Shown piece by piece: positions 59,694-64,000 of a stretch of 64,000 bases of DNA. The stretch comes from Microcoleus sp. (GTDB lineage Bacteria; Cyanobacteriota; Cyanobacteriia; Cyanobacteriales; Microcoleaceae), in assembly GCA_052279835.1 (NCBI GenBank), contig CP181291.1:4032001-4096000 (forward strand), read 5' to 3'. A model generated the notes under the pieces. The model was not told the DNA's origin, did no database searches, and worked only from the letters and a program-made list of their open reading frames with translations. Numbering within the stretch: position 1 is the stretch's first letter; every line of letters starts with the position of its first letter. A program made the translations under genes and the position numbers.

Positions 59694-60338
59694 CTAAGAT
59701 CTATCTCTAAATTCAATCACATCTTGCTTAATCGTCACATCTTTATCACCAAAAAAGTCGTGACCCAAAAGCCCGATCTCCAAAGACGGCGAAATTGCTA
59801 CAACTACATTTTTAATAGCCAAACCTCCGGCTTGAATAGAAGTGAGGCGACCGAGTGGAAAAGTAGCCTCTCCGTTGGGAGTTTTTGCTTGCACTGTCCC
59901 CTGGGGAACTACCCCCAAGGCTTTAGCCATGGCTGGTGTAATTACTGTGCCACTGGCTCCCGAATCTACCATCATATCGAACTTTTGTATGCCGTTAAAC
60001 GTGACTTCTATAACCGGGATATTCGCCTCTCGACGTTTGATTTTTGCCTGAAATACTCCAGACTTAGCTGCTGTGGGAGCAACAGGAGTCAATTCTTTGG
60101 GGAGAAAACCGCACACCGATTGGCTTAAGTTGACAGTTCGCCCCGAGGAGCTGCGCATGAAGCATCCCTCAGTTTCTTGAGCCACTGCTCGCGATGAGTT
60201 TGACCCCCAATCAACTAAGATGGAACTACTTACAGAAATAACGGCTGTTAAAACCAGTAACGGTTTGCGTAGTTTTGGAGCGTGCCGTTGATGGTTGTAT
60301 AAGTTTGAGAGTAAAAGCTCCAGAGATTTGCTAGTCAT
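59694..60338 (-). CDS. Retropepsin-like (clan AA) aspartic protease, probably exported
   Basis: MMVDSGAS and LLGHDFF motifs; N-terminal hydrophobic stretch. Confidence 0.85.
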   Translation of the reverse strand: MTSKSLELLLSNLYNHQRHAPKLRKPLLVLTAVISVSSSILVDWGSNSSRAVAQETEGCFMRSSSGRTVNLSQSVCGFLPKELTPVAPTAAKSGVFQAKIKRREANIPVIEVTFNGIQKFDMMVDSGASGTVITPAMAKALGVVPQGTVQAKTPNGEATFPLGRLTSIQAGGLAIKNVVVAISPSLEIGLLGHDFFGDKDVTIKQDVIEFRDRS

Positions 60339-60582
60339 AATTTATGGAAATGCTGTAGCTCGATCCTAACAGCGGCAACCCCCAATTGGTATAGATTTCG
60401 CCGTTGCGATCGCCTAGCCTCATCAGTATTACAAAAGTTCGATCGACCCCATCGAGGCTGGTTGCTTTCCCAGACAGAAAGTTGTATAGCAGAAATTTGA
60501 CATAATATTTGTATTTTGCCGGCTAGCATCAAATCCCCGGCAGTGATAAGAATGAAACCAGACGACAGTAATTAAGGATGCC

Positions 60583-61737
60583 ATGTCACTTTCAACTGCA
60601 CAACCCGCTCTCCTAGTCCTCGCTGATGGTACTGCTTACCGCGGCTGGTCCTTTGGCGCTCACGGCACAGTCGTCGGCGAAGTAGTATTCAATACAGGGA
60701 TGACGGGCTATCAAGAAGTCTTGACAGACCCTAGTTATTCGGGACAAATCGTAACTTTTACTTATCCAGAATTGGGCAATACCGGGGTAAATCTCGAAGA
60801 TGAAGAATCTTCCCACCCCCATATTCGAGCAGCCATCGCTCGTAATATATGCACTCGCCCTAGCAACTGGCGATCGTCCCAATCTCTCCCAGACTACCTC
60901 AAACAGTACAATATCCCAGGAATTTACGGCATCGACACCCGCGCCCTGACTCGCAAAATTCGCACCGTAGGAGCAGTCAACGGTGGTATTTCTACCTCGA
61001 TTCTCGACCCTGCCGAGCTTTTGGAGCAAGTGCAAGACGCCCCCACCATGGACGGGCTAAATCTGGTTCGGGAAGTGACTACCCGCGAGGTGTATGAGTG
61101 GTCTGAACCCACAGCATCGGTTTGGGAATTTAGTCCCACAGTCAAACCCGCCAGTGGTGAAATGTGGACGGTGGTGGCCCTAGATTTTGGTATCAAACGC
61201 AACATTCTACGGCGTTTGGCCAGTTACGGCTGTCGAGTAATTGTTGTCCCCGCAAACACCAGCCCAGAGGAAATCCTCAAGTACAACCCAGACGGCATTT
61301 TTCTGTCCAATGGCCCTGGAGACCCTTCGGCGGTAACGGAAGGAATCGAGACGGCCAAGGCTTTGTTAAAGTCGGACAAACCTGTGTTCGGGATCTGCAT
61401 GGGACACCAGATTTTAGGACTTTCCTTGGGTGCCGAAACTTTTAAACTCAAGTTTGGGCACCGGGGATTGAATCACCCGGCGGGTTTAACGGAGCAAGTG
61501 GAAATTACTAGCCAAAATCACGGTTTTGCCATCGACCCTGAGTCGTTAGTTCCCGAAGTAGAAATTACTCACCTCAACTTGAACGATCGCACCGTAGCAG
61601 GATTGAAGCACAAAACCCTGCCACTGTTCTCAGTCCAGTACCACCCCGAAGCCAGTCCGGGTCCCCATGATGCCGACTATTTGTTCGATCGATTCGTGCA
61701 GTCCATGCGAGAAAATCAGAAAGTAGCCGTTAAGTAG
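60583..61737 (+). CDS. carA: Carbamoyl-phosphate synthase small subunit
   Basis: [37 protein letters not shown]. Confidence 0.97.
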   Translation: MSLSTAQPALLVLADGTAYRGWSFGAHGTVVGEVVFNTGMTGYQEVLTDPSYSGQIVTFTYPELGNTGVNLEDEESSHPHIRAAIARNICTRPSNWRSSQSLPDYLKQYNIPGIYGIDTRALTRKIRTVGAVNGGISTSILDPAELLEQVQDAPTMDGLNLVREVTTREVYEWSEPTASVWEFSPTVKPASGEMWTVVALDFGIKRNILRRLASYGCRVIVVPANTSPEEILKYNPDGIFLSNGPGDPSAVTEGIETAKALLKSDKPVFGICMGHQILGLSLGAETFKLKFGHRGLNHPAGLTEQVEITSQNHGFAIDPESLVPEVEITHLNLNDRTVAGLKHKTLPLFSVQYHPEASPGPHDADYLFDRFVQSMRENQKVAVK

Positions 61738-61832
61738 TCAGTAGTCAGCGGTCATTGGTCAACAGTCAACAGTCAACAGTCAGCTAACCAATAACCAATA
61801 ACTAATGACCAATGACTAATGACTAATGACTA
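61738..61832. repeat. STRR heptamer tracts (GTCAACA, CTAATGA, ACCAATA)
   Basis: Directly visible tandem 7-mers. Confidence 0.8.
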
Positions 61833-61918
61833 AACAGTAGACAAAAAACCAAAAAACTCCTACAATGAAACCTCGACTTTAAGCAATATCTAGCTAGGAG
61901 GGTGTCATTTCTGAGCAA

Positions 61919-62275
61919 TTGAACCTGACCGTTAGCCTCAGAGGCACTCGCGAAGTCGGGAATAACTATCAGCTATTTCGCCTGACAGGTCTGCTGGACG
62001 CTTTTTCCGAGGCTACTTTTCGGAAGGTACTGACCAAATGTATTGAGGATGGTCCAAAACACGTAATTTTAGACTTGTCTAAAATTGACTTTGTGGATAG
62101 TTCAGGCTTGGGAGCCCTTGTGCAACTTGTCAAGAAAGCCCAAAGTTTTGACGGGACATTGCAAATTGTTTCCAATCCCCGCGTAACTCAGACAGTTAAA
62201 CTGGTTCGCTTAGAGAAATTTTTGGCTTTGCAGCCGAATGTGGATGATGCCATAAAAAACGTCAAGGATGCTTGA
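61919..62275 (+). CDS. STAS-domain anti-sigma factor antagonist
   Basis: ILDLSKIDFVDSSGLGALV; the start may lie at 61907 (ATT). Confidence 0.9.
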   Translation: MNLTVSLRGTREVGNNYQLFRLTGLLDAFSEATFRKVLTKCIEDGPKHVILDLSKIDFVDSSGLGALVQLVKKAQSFDGTLQIVSNPRVTQTVKLVRLEKFLALQPNVDDAIKNVKDA

Positions 62276-62501
62276 CGAATAATTGGATGAGATTAGCTAT
62301 CCGGTTCTGACAACTGGATAGCAAATTCTTATGTTTGTCAGGAGACAAAGAATCTGTGGTAAATACCTGAAAAAATGGTATAATCCTACAACATATGTTC
62401 AACAATAAAGCTTAGGGAAGTATCAAGTTAAAACGAGCCTTGTGATACCAGATTAGTAAGTGACTAGAAAAAAAACTGTGCGGAAGTTTGATTAAAAAAG
62501 T

Positions 62502-62948
62502 ATGTCGCCGATCGCAGATAATGGACAAAAGCTGAGTTTTAGTGATATCAGTGTCAATCAATTACATCCTGGGATGGTGACATCAGCAGCAATGGAAAGG
62601 CTGTCGCCAGCAGCTTGGGCTTACTTGGGAGATGCAGTATACGAACTATACGTTAGGACTTTGTACTTAGTTCCGCCCAAAAAAATGCAAACTTATCATC
62701 AATTGGTGGTGGGACAAGTACGAGCCGAAACTCAAGCGCGTCATTTGCGATCGATCGCTCCTTATTTGAACAGCACAGAATTAGCAATTGTCAAACGCGG
62801 CCGCAATGCTGCTGCAAGCCGTTCCACACGGGCAGATCCAGAGATTTACCAACAAGCTAGCAGCTTAGAAACCTTGGTGGGATACTTATACCTCACCGAT
62901 CCCGAAAGATTGACCCTACTTATGGCACTTTTAGAAATTGAAAGTTAA
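62502..62948 (+). CDS. mrnC: Mini-ribonuclease III
   Basis: AYLGDAVYELYVR, KRGRNA, LETLVGYLYL. Confidence 0.9.
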   Translation: MSPIADNGQKLSFSDISVNQLHPGMVTSAAMERLSPAAWAYLGDAVYELYVRTLYLVPPKKMQTYHQLVVGQVRAETQARHLRSIAPYLNSTELAIVKRGRNAAASRSTRADPEIYQQASSLETLVGYLYLTDPERLTLLMALLEIES

Positions 62949-63197
62949 CGGTTTTAGCGATTAGAAATTACAAGTAGCGAATTATTACTTAAAAAGCCTG
63001 CCATCGCCTACCAATAATTGCCAAAATCCTTCTCAGGTAAAGAGGATTTATGAGTAATAAATTAGCAACGAAAAACAGCAAGATCCTCAAATCAGAACCA
63101 ATCTAAAATCTCAAAAGTCCCAGAGCGATCGGTCAATCAAAAAATCAAAAAATCCTTGGCATTAAGCCAAAACCAGTTTTACAGCCAGCACAAACAA

Positions 63198-64000
63198 ATG
63201 AGAAAATTTACTAGACCAAACCCCCAAGGGTCCAAGCGCGACAGCAGACCATTCAACAGTGAAGGCCGCGGTGAGGATTCGTCACCATCTCCCCGTTTTG
63301 AACGTAAACCCCGTCCAGACACTCGCTCCGTAGCAGCACCTCAAAAGCGATCGAGCTTTACCCCACAACCGCAAGAAATGCCCGTGCGATCGGTTTATAA
63401 ACGCAACTTAAACTCCGAGGACAAACCCGAACTGCGAAAAAATAATCACTTCAGAGACAGAGACAGTAGCCCCCAAGAATTTCGTGGCAATCGTTTCAGA
63501 GACAGAGACAGTAGCCCCCAAGAATTTCGTGGCAATCGTTTCAGAAACAGAGACAACAGCCCCCAAGAATTTCGCGACAATAGCTTCAGAGACAGAGACA
63601 GCAGCCCCCAGGAACCCCGCGACAATCGTTTCAGAGACAGAGACAACAGCCCCCAAGAATTTCGTGGCAATCGTTTTAGAGACAGAGACAACAGCCCCCA
63701 GGAATCCCGTGGCAATTACTATAAAAACAGAGACAACAGCCCCCAGGAATCCCGTGGCAATTATTACAAAAACAGAGACAGTGGTGCGGTTGAGCCTGGA
63801 AGCAACACCGTAGTACAACCAGAAGCAGACACAGACATGATTTACGGACGCCATGCTGTGCAGGCGGCCCTCGAAGCAAACCAAGTGCTCAACCGGATCT
63901 GGGTTGTGCCACATCTGCGCTACGATCCCCGCTTTCACAGCTTGCTAACCGAAGCCAAGTCCAACGGTAGCATCATCGACGAAGTGGACGATTTGCGACT
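63198..64000 (+). CDS. rlmB: 23S rRNA G2251 2'-O-methyltransferase with long repetitive N-terminus, partial
   Basis: Open frame from ATG 63198 through DMIYGRHAVQAAL...RIWVVPHLRYDPRF; follows mrnC. Confidence 0.85.
   Translation, partial: MRKFTRPNPQGSKRDSRPFNSEGRGEDSSPSPRFERKPRPDTRSVAAPQKRSSFTPQPQEMPVRSVYKRNLNSEDKPELRKNNHFRDRDSSPQEFRGNRFRDRDSSPQEFRGNRFRNRDNSPQEFRDNSFRDRDSSPQEPRDNRFRDRDNSPQEFRGNRFRDRDNSPQESRGNYYKNRDNSPQESRGNYYKNRDSGAVEPGSNTVVQPEADTDMIYGRHAVQAALEANQVLNRIWVVPHLRYDPRFHSLLTEAKSNGSIIDEVDDLR
63450..63780 (+). repeat. About seven 45-bp tandem repeats encoding FRDRDxSPQEFRGNR
   Basis: AGAGACAGAGACA.CAGCCCCCAAGAATTTCGTGGCAATCGTTTC units. Confidence 0.9.

Noticed and set aside
63408..63938. 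Overlapping 176, 89, 109 and 67 aa ORFs
   Set aside because: Alternative-frame products of the 45-bp repeats in rlmB.

Overview
Chromosomal window from a filamentous cyanobacterium, probably Oscillatoriales. This rests on abundant HIP1 (GCGATCGC), psbD, chlP, an SLH porin, STRR heptamer tracts and the carA-STAS-mrnC-rlmB and rne-rnhB syntenies. Core genes include chlP, cysK with an Rrf2 regulator, a porin, HD-GYP, phhB, a stand-alone psbD, a radical SAM fusion, rne, rnhB, trpD, carA, mrnC and rlmB. There are also two tnpB-only IS200/IS605 elements and a 15 kb signalling cluster. The most unusual part is 4.7-14.6 kb. A triplicated upstream element precedes a 1489-aa modular subtilase/CHAP/lytic-transglycosylase protein. 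This is followed by about 5 kb of small two-gene toxin-antitoxin or toxin-immunity units separated by six co-oriented HIP1-bounded repeat blocks, with truncated toxins and junction scars. It looks like a cassette array, but no integrase is present in the window. Also notable: a 926-aa ORF with four copies of a domain that resembles a FolB/uricase T-fold around a beta-propeller, a REP-doublet element whose spacer is inverted in one of three copies, and dispersed repeats inserted in-frame into genes. Single-base frameshifts in rne and the radical SAM gene are probably sequencing errors. All family assignments come from reading motifs by eye; no database searches were run.
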